Position numbers and translations under genes: made by a program
Notes under the pieces: model-generated
What the model was told of the DNA's origin: nothing
What the model saw: the letters and a program-made list of their open reading frames with translations, nothing else
Databases searched by the model: none
Shown: piece by piece, positions 12,445 through 25,836 of the stretch
How positions within the stretch are numbered: the stretch's first letter is position 1
How the letters are laid out: each line of letters starts with the position of its first letter
Assembly: GCA_013239625.1 (NCBI GenBank)
Contig: MU053448.1
Coordinates: 434,001 to 488,724, forward strand
Length of the DNA: 54,724 nt
Source of the DNA: Lama guanicoe
Lineage: Eukaryota
Direction of reading: 5' to 3'

Positions 12445-12567
12445 TTTTTTTATGGGGGGGTAATTAGGTTTACTTATTTTTTTCATTTAACGGAGGTACT
12501 GGGGATTGAACCCATGACCTCATGCATGCTAAGCATGCACTCTACCTCTGAGCTACACCCTCCCCCC
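12445..12567 (-). mobile_element. tRNA-Ala-derived SINE (vic-1-like), long form
   Basis: A/B boxes; perfect 15-bp TSD catttaaattcttta (12430-12444 / 12570-12584). Confidence 0.9.
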
Positions 12568-13305
12568 AGCATTTAAATTCTTTAACCATCACAGACAGCA
12601 ACTTGTATGTTCAAGTTGGTCTTATAGAAGATTTATCAAACTTATTCCAGATGTTAGTTAGGGACTGTTGGAGGTGGACATAATGCGGTAATGAAATAGT
12701 GACAGACTACTTGTATGTCACCCTGGGAAGCTAGCTGAGTATAGCAGGAGGAAGGCATCACCGCTGGAGGAAGATTGAGTGAATCTCAGACACAGCCCTG
12801 GTTTATTAGCTGCTGGACACAGAGCTGAGTCTTCGGGGGGCTGTAGGCAGCTCATCTATGGAGCTGGGATGATACCTGATGGTGCCTGCGGGGATTCACA
12901 TAGGATGATGTGCAAGTGCTCAGTTCTGGGCGTGAAGGGGAGGGTACTTCCCACAAGCCCTGAAGGTGGTGGCTGGCTCTCTCTGTCAGGGATGGAGAGG
13001 TCTGCTGCTCTTAGTGTTTTTGTAGCTGGTCTATTCTAAAACAACTTAGTTTCTTCCTGAAAATCGTTAGGTACTTGTAGCTGATGGAAAATTTCAGGTT
13101 GAAATAGGTGAAGTTACAGTCTAAAAGAGAGGACCATCTCAGAGCCGTAAAGTCACAAGGACTAAACAGCTATTAAGAGCCATGTAGGGGGAAAAGTTGT
13201 AGATTTTATGAGACTGAAAAATGCTTTTGTTCACTGGAAGTAATTTACAGGCATTAAGACATGGACTTAGAAAACATTTGTATGTGGCTATAAGGTATTA
13301 GAACT

Positions 13306-13965
13306 ATTTTTTTTTTATTGAGGTATGGTCAGTTTACAATGTTGTGTCCATATCTGGTGTACAGCAGAATTCTTCAGTCATGCGTGAATATATATATATT
13401 CATTTTCATATTCTTTTTCACTGTAAGCTACTACAAGTTGCTGAATATATTTCCCTGCTATATATTGCTATACAGTAGAAACTTGTTTATCTATTTTAAA
13501 TATTACCAGTCAGTATCTGCAAATCTTGAACTCCTAGTGTATCGCTTCCCACCCCCTGCCCCCCTGGCAACCACAAGTCTGTATTCTACCTCTGTGAGTC
13601 TGTTTCTGTTTTATGTATGTTCATTTGTCTTTTTTTTCCCCTAAGATTCCACATATGAATGATATCATATGGTATTTTTCTTTCTCTTTCTGGCTTACTT
13701 CACTTAGAATGACATTTTCCAGGGACATCCATGTTGCTGCAAATGGCATTCTTTTATCATTTTTATGGCTGAGTAATATTCCATTGTATAAATATACCAC
13801 AACTTCTTTATCCAGTCATCTATTGGTGGACATTTGTGTTGTTTCCATGTCTTGGCTATTGTAAATAGTGCTGCTATGAACATTGGGGTGCAGGTGTCTT
13901 TTTGAATTAGGGTTTCCTCTGGATATATGCCCAGGAGTGGGATTACTGGGTCATATGGTAAGTCT
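13306..13965 (-). mobile_element. 5'-truncated young L1 (3' UTR plus ORF2 end)
   Basis: poly-T, ttattgaggtatggtcagtttacaatg..., ccatgttgctgcaaatggcatt, tgcccaggagtgggatt. Confidence 0.85.
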
Positions 13966-14246
13966 GTTAAAACTCTTAAGTTATGACTTCAGTGTGGTAT
14001 TGTTACCCAAAGTTTTTAGATACTGTGTAGTGCTGTGTATGAAAATCAACATAGCCAAATTCACTGTTTCTCAAATTATGTAATATAGAAGGAGTCAAAA
14101 GACCAAGTAAGGGTTAATAGCTCCTGTTCGAGGAAATTGTCGTGGGCAAAAGATGTATAGATGAAAGCAGAACAGCAGAACAGTTAAGTCTGTCTACAGA
14201 GTAATTTCAGTAGCGAGAATGAAATTGTCTCAACTCTTTCCTCAAG

Positions 14247-14402
14247 GTCCTGAACTAATGGGGGTCGGTTCCTTGCTGAAGAAGTACACAGCCCTTTTGT
14301 GCACACACATCGGCGATATATTGCCCGTGGCAGCCAGCATTGCTTCCACCAGCTGGCGGCACTTCGCAGAGGTGGCCTGCATTGTGGAAGGGGACTTCAC
14401 GG
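14247..14402 (+). CDS. HERC2: HERC2 exon w6 (SPELMGVGSL...VEGDFT)
   Basis: ctcaag|GT...ACGG|gtacct; 156 nt. Confidence 0.94.
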
Positions 14403-15084
14403 GTACCTATCTTGTTTCCTGCCTGTGGACATGTATTTACTCTTGGAGGTTGATGTGATGTAAAATTTATCATCTCCTGATAAAACTGCATGCCTTTACT
14501 CCATGCGTTGTCTAGTCCTGTTGCCCTTCCTCCTTCGGTTTAGTTACTGACAGTTCTGTAGTTAAGCAGCCTAGTATGGGAGTCATATCAGTGTAAATAC
14601 AGTTAATGATTTAGAATCATACCACCATTATTAACCCTTGAATAATGAGGTTAATGGTAATTGTCTTATTTCAGCAGCATAAGAATTATTTGCAGCTTTT
14701 AGGACCTTAATAAACCCCCAATGTTTTTTCAAGTTAATTCTGTGACAGTAGAATATTATTATTGAGTGCTTTTATCTGATAAATGTAGTTGAAAATGGTT
14801 TTCTGAATTGAAGACTAGCTAATACTTTTGTATTGAAACACAGTGTTTTTGAAAAGTATTCTTGTAACTCAAGTGGTTCTGTTTGATACCTATATTTGTT
14901 TCCTTCAAAATGAAAGATAAAATAATCCTGTAGAAATATACCAAAGGACAAGCATTTCTTATTTTGTGATTGATCAGAATTTAAATGTAGCACAAGCTTA
15001 TAAAGTGGTTCTATAGAATAGACACTTTTGTTTAAGTCTTAAAATGTTTTTTGTTTTGTTTTGTTTTTTTCTTTTTAAATGTAG

Positions 15085-15270
15085 GTATTCTCCTTCCAGA
15101 ACTAGTAGTTTCTATAGTGCTTCTGCTAAGTAAAAATGCTGGTCTCATGCAGGAGGCTGGAGCGGTCCCTCTGCTGGGTGGCCTGTTGGAACACCTGGAT
15201 CGGTTCAACCACCTGGCACCAGGAAAGGAAAGGGACGACCACGAAGAGCTGGCCTGGCCCGGCATCATGG
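15085..15270 (+). CDS. HERC2: HERC2 exon w7 (GILLPELVVS...AWPGIM)
   Basis: atgtag|GT...ATGG|gtatgg; 186 nt. Confidence 0.95.
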
Positions 15271-16479
15271 GTATGGCATCTTAAAGGACTTTCACTGAGG
15301 AAAACTTTGTCCTAGTCTAACCTCTTCTTGCCTTTCCATTTGTAAGAATATTTGGCAAAAGAAGACCAGTTACTTGCCATTTTCACTGATGGCCGTGTAA
15401 GTGGAAACTGAAGATAATCCAAATCAGAAGAGATTTGGGTTTTATTTAAGGAAATTTTTTCTTTTAGTAATACTAGTTATTACATCCCAAATTGGATTAT
15501 TTTAGAAAGTTCTGGAAAACTTTCTTGGGAGGTGTCTCCAGAAGGTACTGTGGAGGTGGTTAGATACAGTCCACCTCTGGAGGCAGACACTGGTGTGGGA
15601 GGACTTTGTGAACTCACTGGCGTTTGTCACAGTAATGAGCTATGGAATCCCCACAGTCAGCTGAGCACTTCCCACCCGCACTGCCCGTAGTGCTTATCAA
15701 ATGGGAGTGAAGCTTGTTGTCTTCTCAAAGTTCTGAACTTTGAATCTAAGTAACCATGCCCTGTATGTGTGGTTATGACTTCCTTGGCTCACAGAATTAA
15801 TTGAAGTTGTGGTTCAACTCTCATTTTGTAGGAAAGCTCTAGCAAGGTGGACTTCTTTTACCATTTTTTATGGCATAGGAGCTTAAAACAAGAAGTGGCA
15901 GTTGTCCTGAGGAAAATAACCTTAAGATATTGAGCATAGTTTTTTTTAAAAATCTTTTAGTACGGCTAATATTTTCAGCATCATTCATCTACTTCTGAGA
16001 ACTTAAATGATCATTTGTTACTTTGGTCTGTACACTATATATGTTTGAGGGCATATAACTCGATCAGCAGTTCAGATGTACTCACTGTAAAACGTTTTTC
16101 GTTGTGAAGTGTAACACATTTGCACAAGTACTGAAAGCTACTCTGTGACCCGTCACAGGGGAAACCGTTCAAGCAGAGCCCTCCCGAACACCGTCTCTTG
16201 TGTCCCTGCAAGGTTCCCTTCTCCAGGCTTGTGTGTTTGCCATGCTTCTCGGATAGTCACGTGCCCCACGACAACTTCATCATCCTAAACTGTCTCATGT
16301 CTGTTTCCTGGTGGTCTGTAGGGCGTGCTTCCCTACAGAAGGCCAGGTTTGCACAGTGACGGCACTGGTCTCCATCTCCACAAACAGGTCTCACTGTTCC
16401 ACCTTCAAGGCCAAGAGGTCACATGCCATTATTTTTCACTTTTTGTACATTTGGGTTCAAGGGCTGTCTTGGTCTCCCG

Positions 16480-17480
16480 TCTGGAGTGCCAGCTTTGTCT
16501 CAGTCAAGTGGCTCCCATTGCCTGTATCTGTTTCCACCATTTGGCTGTTGTGACAACTGCTGCTGTGGACATGGCTGTGTAGATAGCTGAGTCCTGGCTT
16601 GCACGTCTTTTGGGTACATAGCCAAAAGTGGGATTGCTGGGTCAGGTGATAATCCCATGCTTAATTTCTTAGGGAACTGCCAAACTGTTCTTCACAGCAG
16701 GTGTGCCATTTTACATTCCTGTAGGCAAGGCACAAGGAAGGGTTTTAATTTCTCCACCTGCTTGGCAACACTCGTTTTTTTTCTGTTTCTGTTTTTGTAA
16801 TAGCTGTCCTGTTAGGATGAAGTGGTGTTATACTGTAGTTTTGATTTGATTTTTCCCTAGTGATTAGTGATGCTGTGCATCTCCGTATGTGCTTATTGGG
16901 CATTTGCATATCCTTGAAGAAAAGTCTTTTTAAGTCTTTTTCCTATTTTTGAATTAGGTTTTTTGTTGTTATTGTTGAGTTGTAGATTATTATGTATTCT
17001 GGATATATATAATTTGCAAATATTTTTTTCCCCTTCTGTGGGTTGCCTTGTCACTCTGTTGATAGTGTCCTTTGACGTTTATTTTTGACAAAGTCCAACC
17101 CATCTGTTTTCCTTATTGTTGCCTGTGCTTTTGTTGTGTTGCCCAAGAAATGATTGCCAAATCCAATGTCATGAAGCTTTCTCCCATGTTTTCTTCTAGG
17201 AATTTCATGCTGCATAGTTTTAGCTCTTACCTTTAGGTCTTTGATCAATTTTGAGTTAATTTTTGTATATGGTGAAACATAAGGGTCCAACTTGATTCAT
17301 CTACAATTGAATATTCAGTTTTCCCAGCACCATTTGTTGGAAAGACTGTCTTTTCTCTATGAATGTTCTTGGCACTCTTATCAAAAATCATGTGACTAAA
17401 TATTTTGAGGATGTTTCTGAGCTTTCTGTTCTATTCTGTTGCTCTAAATGTCTGTCATTCTGCTGGTCCCATTCTGTTAT
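16480..17480 (-). mobile_element. L1M ORF2 3' part
   Basis: ORF 17051..17290(-) DPYVSPYTKINSKLIKDLKVRAKT...LHDIGFGN matches L1 ORF2. Confidence 0.85.
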
Positions 17481-17569
17481 TTATTTTTTCTTTTCTTTCT
17501 TTGGGTTTAATCTGATATTTTTTAAACTCTTTGAGGTAAGATGCTTGTTAGTATACTTATGTTTTTGTA

Positions 17570-19010
17570 GTATGTTTATTGTGAAAAATTTCTAACAAAG
17601 ATAAAAGTAGAGAGAATAATACAATGAATGTGGATTAACAAGTATTCACATTCTCCAAGTGCTCCCACATATTTCTCTCTGATTGATTGAATTATTTTGA
17701 AGCATATTTCTGTCTTTAAAACATCTTAGCACACTTTACCTATTAATGATAAGAACTCTTTTGGGGGAATCAAGCCACAGTATCCTTATCCTGTCTAAGA
17801 TTATCAGTGATTTCTTAAACTAACAGATAGTTCATGTTCAATTTTCCATGATTATCTAAAAATTCATTTTTATTAGTGGTTATTTTGAATCAGGTTCTAA
17901 ACAAGTTCTGCATGTTGTTGTTGGGTGATTAATGCTTCTAGTCTCGTTTTCTCCCCTAACAACATCTCTCTAGGCTGTCCTCTCCCTTTCTTTGGTTGTC
18001 CTGTTTATTTTTCTAAGAAGTAGGGCATTTATTTTGGAGAATTTCACAGTTTTTGAACTTGATTAATTGCATTCTCTTCTTCTAGTCTTAACGTCTTGTG
18101 TTAGTTACATTTTCTCTAAACTGCTGATTATATGTATAGGCTTGACGAGACTTGGGTTCACTTTTGGTGGATCAGAGTGTGTCCAGGGTCGTGCTGGGTG
18201 CTTTCTGTTTCATCGACTCAGAGGCCTGTGATGCTGGTGATCCCACCTTCAGCTCTGTTCAGATGGACCACAGAGTTCATGTATAGTGTAGCCTCGTACA
18301 GTCCCCAGCCACCTTGCCCTCAGCTGTTGGGTAGCACAAGGTACAGTTTGCACAGGAGGGATATGATCCTAGGTTGATTCGTACCCCCACCCCTACTTCA
18401 ACCATTTTTCATAATATTGAGTTGATGTCTTAATACTTCCAAAGCTGATCAATGAGGTTTTCTTTTTTTGAGTATCCTAAGAAACTCATTGCACTTTATT
18501 GATTTTTATATTTATTAACTTTTTTTTAGCTTTTTTCCTTAATACGTACATTTTAAAGTATATGCCCTCAAACATACACTGAGCTGTGTGTCACAAGTGT
18601 TGATATGTAGTTTTTTCAGTATTATTCATTTCATTGGATTTTCTAATTTCCATAGTCATTTTTCTCTGGGAATTTGGGGTGACTTATAAATAAATTTCAC
18701 GATTTTCAAATATGTAGAGATTTTTATTTTATATTTTTTGTTACCTATTTCTAATTTAACTACATTGTAGTCAGCGTACATGTTCTATAACTTAACTTCT
18801 TTGAAATTTTTGAGATCTGCTGTAATGCCTGGTATACAGCCAGACTCATTGTTCATGCTGCTCGTGTGGTGTTTTTGTTTTTAAATCATTCAGTACCCTT
18901 GCTGATTGCTCGTTTGTGGTGTTAGTTACAGTAAGAGGAATGTTAATTTCCCATTGTGATCGTGGATTTGTCTGTTCCCCCCCGTAGTTCTTTCACATGA
19001 TTTGTTCTAG
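17570..19010 (-). mobile_element. Old L1 fragments (L1MC-like 3' end plus ORF2 EN-region piece)
   Basis: Degenerate L1 motifs (agagaataatacaatgaa; ctaatttaactacattgtagtcag; tggatttgtctgtt). Confidence 0.5.
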
Positions 19011-19063
19011 TCATTTTATCTATTGATCTATTGATTCATTGATTTTGATTTCTCTATACACAG

Positions 19064-19234
19064 AGTCATTTTTTACAGGTCAAAACTGTAGAAATAATGA
19101 GGAAGTGACACTTATACGCAAAGCTGATTTGGAGAACCACAATAAAGATGGAGGCTTCTGGACTGTGATCGATGGGAAAGTGTATGACATAAAGGACTTC
19201 CAGACCCAGTCATTGACAGGAAATAGTATTCTTG
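19064..19234 (+). CDS. HERC2: HERC2 exon w8, cytochrome b5-like domain N-part (ESFFTGQNCR...WTVIDGKVYDIKDF...NSIL)
   Basis: acacag|AG...CTTG|gtaagg; 171 nt; b5-fold motif WxVIxGKVYD. Confidence 0.95.
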
Positions 19235-19624
19235 GTAAGGCCTCGCTTTTTACTTTATGGTTAGAAGTTGTAGCGTGTGTCATTTCAAGCACAGCATTTG
19301 GCTTTTAAATGAGCAGCACAGCACTGCTCCAGCCCACATACCTTTTAATCTGTCTGTGACCTTGGTGTCTGTCCCATCACAGCAAATTCAGGCACATTTG
19401 AAGAACTTCTCACCATTGTGCATTTCTTTTTCCAACACTGATTGGAACTCGTCCCAAGTTCTGAGTTGGCCCAGGGATCCCTGGGAGAGGGGGAGAGATT
19501 GTTTTAGTTTGGTAACCCTCACTTTGAAGTTAATTTGACTAGTCTGTTTCCTACTTACTATTTCTACTATTAATGACTAGGGAAATGTACTGAAGTCATG
19601 TCGCTTCTGTCTCTTTTGTTTCAG

Positions 19625-19728
19625 CTCAGTTTGTAGGGGAAGACCCAGTGGTAGCTTTGGAAGCTGCCCTGCAGTTTGAAGACACACGGGAGTCAATGCA
19701 TGCCTTCTGTGTTGGCCAGTATCTGGAG
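19625..19728 (+). CDS. HERC2: HERC2 exon w9, cytochrome b5-like domain C-part (AQFVGEDPVV...VGQYLE)
   Basis: tttcag|CT...GAG|gtgagg; 104 nt. Confidence 0.95.
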
Positions 19729-19935
19729 GTGAGGCCATGTGCAGTGAGCACCAAGGTGGCCATCAGTGGAGACCCTCTCTGGAAATTTGTGATAAGTGGT
19801 TTTCACCCTGAACTATTGTTAGCTGGGCCTTTGCAGGGGAGTCATTAAGTGATAAATAGGAAGATATTTTAGAGGTTTTTCCAAAAGTCAGTTTACATTT
19901 ATTCATGCTAAGATTTATGATGTGCTGGCCTTGAA

Positions 19936-20025
19936 ATTTTTATTTTTAAATTGGAGGTACTAGGGATTGAACCTAAGACTTTGTGCATGCTAAGTATGTG
20001 CTTTACCACTGAGCTACCCACCCCC
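19936..20025 (-). mobile_element. tRNA-derived SINE (vic-1-like), short form
   Basis: ggaggtactagggattgaacc...gcatgctaag...accactgagcta. Confidence 0.85.
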
Positions 20026-20079
20026 TGAAAAATTATTTTAAAATTTTTAATTTGTTAGAGATGTAGACTGTTTCTCACT

Positions 20080-20104
20080 CACACACACACACACACTCAC
20101 TCAC
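20080..20104. repeat. (CA)n microsatellite
   Basis: cacacacacacacacacactcac. Confidence 0.85.
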
Positions 20105-20865
20105 TGAGGTTAGCCTTTTGTCTTTACGATTTTATTGCAGTCTTGTGTAGAAATTTGGAAGAGCTTAGCATCTTGAGATGTTTATTGTGGGGGAACAACT
20201 TGAGATGTTTATTGCATAATTTTCTAGAAGAGCAATATGTCCTTCCTACATGTTCATGAGCTTTGGGATTTATATATTGGGGTTGGCTTTCCAGATATGA
20301 ATACAGAGGTAATAAAACTTAAGAAATTCCACAAAGGTCAGGCTTAAAGCATTTTAGGAAGAGAGAAATTTGCCAGTCGCATTAGACGATTTATAAATAA
20401 AATTTAAGATTATTTTCATTTGAACTCTGTTTTCTAACTGGGCTTGCTCTTTGTTTGAATACATTTATTTCTTCCGCATGTGTGGTCACAGTGTGCTGAC
20501 TCACAGCAGTACTTGTCATCTCATACTTTTTGTTTCTTTTTGGTTTCTTACGCCTGTAACAATTGAGTGTATTTTCTGTAGCATTGTATACAATTACTCT
20601 GGAAACTTCTGTTTAATTCCTAAGGAATTTTCTAGCTAAGTCATTTATCCATGCTTTGGATTTTCTGCCAATAGACCTGTGCCTTCACTGACTACTTTGC
20701 AGGGTGTGTGTGGTTGATATATTTTGTTATTTTGGTGGCAGCCTGAGCTGTTACAGGATATAGTCTTTATTATGGCAGAATGTCTTGTTTAGGATAAACA
20801 CTATTGTTTTATGTTTTTAATTAGCCCTGTTTTCTCATACTGATGATGAAATTTATGTTCCCCAG

Positions 20866-21016
20866 CCTGACCAAGAAGTCGTTACCATACCAGATTTGGG
20901 AAGTCTGTCCTCACCTCTGATAGACACTGAACGGAACCTGGGCCTGCTCCTTGGGCTGCACGCGTCCTATTTAGCTATGAGCACGCCGCTGTCTCCTGTG
21001 GAGGTCGAGTGCGCCA
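20866..21016 (+). CDS. HERC2: HERC2 exon w10 (PDQEVVTIPD...VEVECA)
   Basis: ccccag|CCT...GCCA|gtaagg; 151 nt. Confidence 0.94.
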
Positions 21017-21499
21017 GTAAGGAAAATTCTGTTTCCTGCTGAAAGGTGGGCAGGTTATTTCAGCTGAGCCACAAGTGCCATTAAGAACAGAAGAGGAAGA
21101 ATCAAAACAGTTGTTGATGAGGGAAAACAAGGACAGAGAGACGACACTGGTCAGTTAGAAGCAGCTGGGAGTGGCTTGTACTCGTGCTTGTGCCTGTGGC
21201 AGCAGAGGGAGCTGACGGGCGCGAGGACAGGCCGGTCCTGAGCGTAGTCTCACTTTCACGTCCTGTAACAGATGGGCTCGTCTCCCTGCGTGCCCAGAAA
21301 CCCACGTGACGTGGCTCGGCTGTTCCTCTTGGCAATAGTGGTCTATTTGAGGGATTGTGTTTTTACCAGACTCAAATCAAATACATTGGGGGACGGCAGC
21401 CTTTGTAATCACCTAGAGTATTAAAATTTCTCTGTATTACATAAGATAGGTTTAAATATTTCTTTACATATTTGTACATCTCTCCGTTTGTCGTCCCGC

Positions 21500-22130
21500 T
21501 GACCATCCCACAAGCATCTGTGGAGTAATTACTTGTGTGACTTATGGTGTCTGGCACTCAGGATGTAGTAGGCACAGAATTAGACACACCCCTGCCCTCA
21601 AGTGATCCTTGGGTGGTGATGAGCCAGATGTGAAGCAGGTCAGGCCGCACGGTGGTAGAGGATGAAATGCAGACATTCGTAAGTGTTTTGGGAGGTACGG
21701 CAGGGGTAGTGGAGAGAAAGCCTTGATGGAGGTGGAGCCACCCTGAGACTGGAGTCCCAGTAGGCTGGGTGTGTGAGGACACTACTGAGAAAGCCAGTTT
21801 CACGCTGCTCTTGTCCCTGTGTGGAGGGTCGGGGGTAGGTCTAGTGGGTGATGGTGGCCATGGTGCTGGTCAGCCGGCCTTCCGAAGCGAACCCTTGGTG
21901 TGTGTGCGGGGTGCCCTGCTCCTGCAGAGTCTCTGCGAGGGTGGGCTGTCCTCTTCTTCCAAGGACCTGTAGACTCTCGACTTGCAGGTAGGCTTTCTCG
22001 TCAGCAAGAGCCTGGGAAGTGTCAGAGCAGAGGGGAGCGGAAGATGCTGTGGGCCCCCGCATGTGGGGGTCTGTCCCCTCTGGGACAGCTAGAGCCACTA
22101 GAGATAGAGAGAGTCCTAAATGGAGAGAGC
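21500..22130 (+). mobile_element. L2-like fragment
   Basis: acaagcatctgtggag...ggcac...ccctgccctcaag... resembles an L2 3' region; strand is uncertain. Confidence 0.4.
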
Positions 22131-23122
22131 CAGGGAGCGTCTGATCACATTTGTGTTTTAGAGGAATTAACGTGGCACTTTGGAGAATGCACGTGGGTGC
22201 TCTAAAATCTAAATTGCCAGTGAAAGCACATTGAGTGCATCCCAGATTTGATAGCTTGGGTTTTGGAGAAATATTCTGATAGCCCAAATTATTGGGAAAA
22301 AAATCTCTAGTTACGTACAAACTGATGCTTTGTTTTTTGGTGACTCTCACATCAGTTATCACAGCAGTGATGATGAGTATCCACACGTGCCCTGATGGGT
22401 GGTGTGTTCTTGTGGGGCCCGGCCTGTTCCTCACACAGGCCTCCTCTGTGGTCTGTTGGGCATCAGGTCTCTTAAGTACCCAGCCCTGATTTAAGATCCT
22501 GTGTAGTATGTTGAGTAGTTCTCATTATTCTTCCTTGATTAATGCTCTAGGGGATGTGGCTTCCCTGAGCATGTTTTTCTTCCTAGAACCCTTCACACGT
22601 GCTGCTCCTCACCCTGGATGCTCAGTGTGTTTGTCTTCACCCAGATTGCAGCAAGTTCCTTACTGTCCCTCCCAATAGTGGGGAGCTTGCTGCCGCAGAC
22701 TCATACTTCCTGTAGTTCTTTGCAGCATGTGGTTTTCCCAGCTGAGATTGAGTGATCACTCGTGTGAATGGGGCCTCAGTGCTATTCTCCCTGTTAGAAG
22801 GCAAAGTCCCCGTCTTCAAGTGGTACTGTGGAACCAGGCAGCTCCATGCTTGAGCAGGTATCCAGTAAATGTTGGACTGCAACTATTATACTGGGTTGTG
22901 ATACCGTGCTTAAGATTGAATAACCAGAAAATGTCACCTTTTTTCACACTCATAGAGGAATTATAAGCCAGTCATTAGATGCGGCTTTCATATGAATGAT
23001 GCTGAATTTCACCTCCTAAATCAAGCACTTAGTTCTTTATCTTTTTTGTGTGTGTGTGCATTCATTTCTGAATGGTGCACTCAGGTTTCTTATTGCATAA
23101 TGTTTGCATATGCACTTTGCAG

Positions 23123-23337
23123 AGTGGCTTCAGTCTTCCATCTTCTCCGGGGGCCTGCAGACCAGCCAAATCCACTACAGCTACAACGAGGAGAAAGACG
23201 AAGACCACTGTAGCTCTCCCGGCGGCACCCCTGCCAGCAAATCCCGGCTCTGCTCCCACAGACGGGCCCTGGGCGACCACTCCCAGGCCTTCCTGCAAGC
23301 AATTGCCGACAATAACATTCAGGATCACAATGTGAAG
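23123..23337 (+). CDS. HERC2: HERC2 exon w11 (KWLQSSIFSG...QDHNVK)
   Basis: ttgcag|AG...AAG|gtgggc; 215 nt. Confidence 0.95.
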
Positions 23338-23615
23338 GTGGGCGAGGCCTTCCCACACTCAGTGTCCCTCAGTTTACCTTCGGACTTTGATGTGTGAACA
23401 TCTTCATGCTCTTTGGTTAGCTTAGCACGGACTTTGTTTACATATTACTTAGAGGGCTGGTTTTGAGGTGAGAGGCTGGTTCAGTTCAGTATGCCAGGGA
23501 GGTTTCAGAAGGATCACAGATCGCAGGTGCATCAGAAGCTGTGGCACCTGCTTTGGAATTCATGGCAATGTTGCGAGGGTGGCTCTGAAGTCACCTCCAG
23601 CTGTTTCTGTTGCAG

Positions 23616-23748
23616 GACTTTCTGTGTCAGATAGAAAGGTACTGTCGGCAGTGCCACTTGACCACACCGATCACCTTTCCCCCCGAGCATCCCGTGGAGG
23701 AGGTCGGCCGCTTGCTGTTATGTTGCCTCTTAAAGCATGAAGATTTAG
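23616..23748 (+). CDS. HERC2: HERC2 exon w12 (DFLCQIERYC...LKHEDL)
   Basis: ttgcag|GAC...TTAG|gtatga; 133 nt. Confidence 0.95.
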
Positions 23749-23846
23749 GTATGAAGCCCACTGTTTTAGCTGTACTATAGATCTTTCAATTGACGTGTAA
23801 TGCATGTTCATTCCTGCCCTCCCTTTCTTCTCAATGTCTTTTACAG

Positions 23847-23974
23847 GTCACGTGGCATTATCTTTAGTTCATGCAGGCACGCTTGGCATTGAGCAAGGAA
23901 AGCACAGAGCATTGCCTAAGTCAGTGGTGGATGTGTGTAGAGTTGTCTACCAAGCAAAGTGCTCGCTCATTAAG
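23847..23974 (+). CDS. HERC2: HERC2 exon w13 (GHVALSLVHA...KCSLIK)
   Basis: ttacag|GT...AAG|gtaagt; 128 nt. Confidence 0.95.
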
Positions 23975-24061
23975 GTAAGTAGGTTGGGATCCTCCCTCTT
24001 CTGTGCTTTGTGGTCAGCTGGTAGGGTTATTTGTTAAAGTTTTTTGTATTTAACTTTGTAG

Positions 24062-24257
24062 ACACATCAAGAACAGGGCCGTTCTTACAAGGAAGTGTGT
24101 GCCCCAGTCATTGAACGTTTGAGGTTCCTCTTCAATGAACTGAGACCTGCAGTTTGTAATGACCTCTCTATCATGTCCAAATTTAAACTGTTAAGTTCTT
24201 TGCCCCGTTGGAGGAGGATAGCTCAGAAGATAATTCGAGAACGAAGGAAGAAGAGAG
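24062..24257 (+). CDS. HERC2: HERC2 exon w14 (THQEQGRSYK...ERRKKR)
   Basis: ttgtag|ACA...AGAG|gtaaga; 196 nt. Confidence 0.95.
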
Positions 24258-25229
24258 GTAAGAAGGGAAAAAGCAGGAAGATGCTGTCAGCCTGTGTCCC
24301 CACGTGGCTGGCTGTGGTTTGAGTGAAGCCGTTGGCTGCTGCTCACCTCACGTGGCATTTTCAGAACCACCACAGTGCTTGTTACTGTGTATTTATGGTC
24401 AAGTGTACAAATCCTGCTTATTTTTCCAAGACATCAGATAATGATGCAGCTTTGGGATTGAGTGTGTTATGATTTAGTAACTGATACATTGATCCTGAAT
24501 ATATTATAAACTTTATTAAATTGATGGGGGAAAGGAAGTGTTCTTTTAAATCACTTGTCCTAGTAATAAGATATGTGGAAATGTTTGAGTGTTCAATTAA
24601 TCTTAACCATTCTTGTGAAGAAATGTTTTTCTTGGGAAATGCTGAGTATCCTGATACATGGAAGATAGTTGTAAAAGAAATCAGAGGAGTTACTACGATC
24701 TTCAGACAGCAGCTCTGTAGGGATATGGAGAAGAATGTTTTGTATTAATCAAAATTTGAGTGAAAATACATAAAATACTTTGTAATTTGGTCACTTGTGA
24801 TTTTAAACAAGTCTACAGAAATTTCTGATTATATTCTTATGAATTATTCCCAGATCAGCTTATTCAGCAATATTAATTACTGAGGTTTTAATGGACATTA
24901 CAAACAGTAATGTCAAGAAAGACTAACTTGTTTCGGAAGCCACCCTGAATTGGTTGTTTCTGGGCAAACCGTTAAACCGCAGCTTATCTGAATCCTGGAG
25001 ATGCTCTGGCTCAGGAAATGTGGCAAGAACACCTCCAAGCTCCCTTTAGCCCAGGCAGCCGTGAAACCCGGGAGATGGGCATCACAGCTGGAGGGAGGAC
25101 GGTCCCCTTCCCAGCTGGCCACGGCCTCCCTGGACTCTGAGCTCACATCGTCACCGAAAAGCTTCTTGTTGTGGGTTTATATATTTAATTGTAACGTGTA
25201 AATAATTACTGTTTATTACTGGTGCTGTG

Positions 25230-25710
25230 TTAAATATGATGACTTGGTAGGGCTCCACAAGATTCAGAAGAGCTGTTACACTCATGGTCGCCATTTATTA
25301 CAGTGAAAGGGTACAGAGTAAAATTAGCAAAAGGAAAGGCACATGGAGGAATTCCAGTGGAGACCAGGCCCGGGCTTCCAGTGTTCTCTCCAGTGAGTCA
25401 CACAGAGTCATGCTTGGTTTTCTCATATGTGACATGTGAGGAGGGTTGCTCACCTGAGCTCTGGTGTCCAGGGTGGTTGTTGGGGGTCAGTCATGTGGCC
25501 ATGCACGGCCAGCATGATTGCTCTCAGCTATCCAGGCTCTTCTGAGAGCAGAAAGAGCCAGTCACTATAAGTCACACTGTTAGCATGAACTGCCTGGTCA
25601 CACTGGCCAGTGTGATCCTGCACCCCAGGCACAGAGAAACACTCTTCTCAGGCAGGGCATGCCAGGGGCTCGGAGCTCAGTTCTCCAGAGCTGGCCAAGG
25701 GCAGTGCTGA
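25230..25710. mobile_element. ERVL-class LTR (MER21/MER77-like)
   Basis: tttattacagtgaaagggtacagagtaaaattagcaaaaggaaaggcacat...agaccaggc...gcttcca. Confidence 0.6.
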
Positions 25711-25836
25711 TGGGATATCATCATGTCATATCACTTCACAAATTTAATAGAAATTTCCCTAATTAAAAAGGCTAACATAGCAAAAACCATCCAGTTGACT
25801 CACTGGCACACTGGTGACAGAACCACTGCACTAGTC

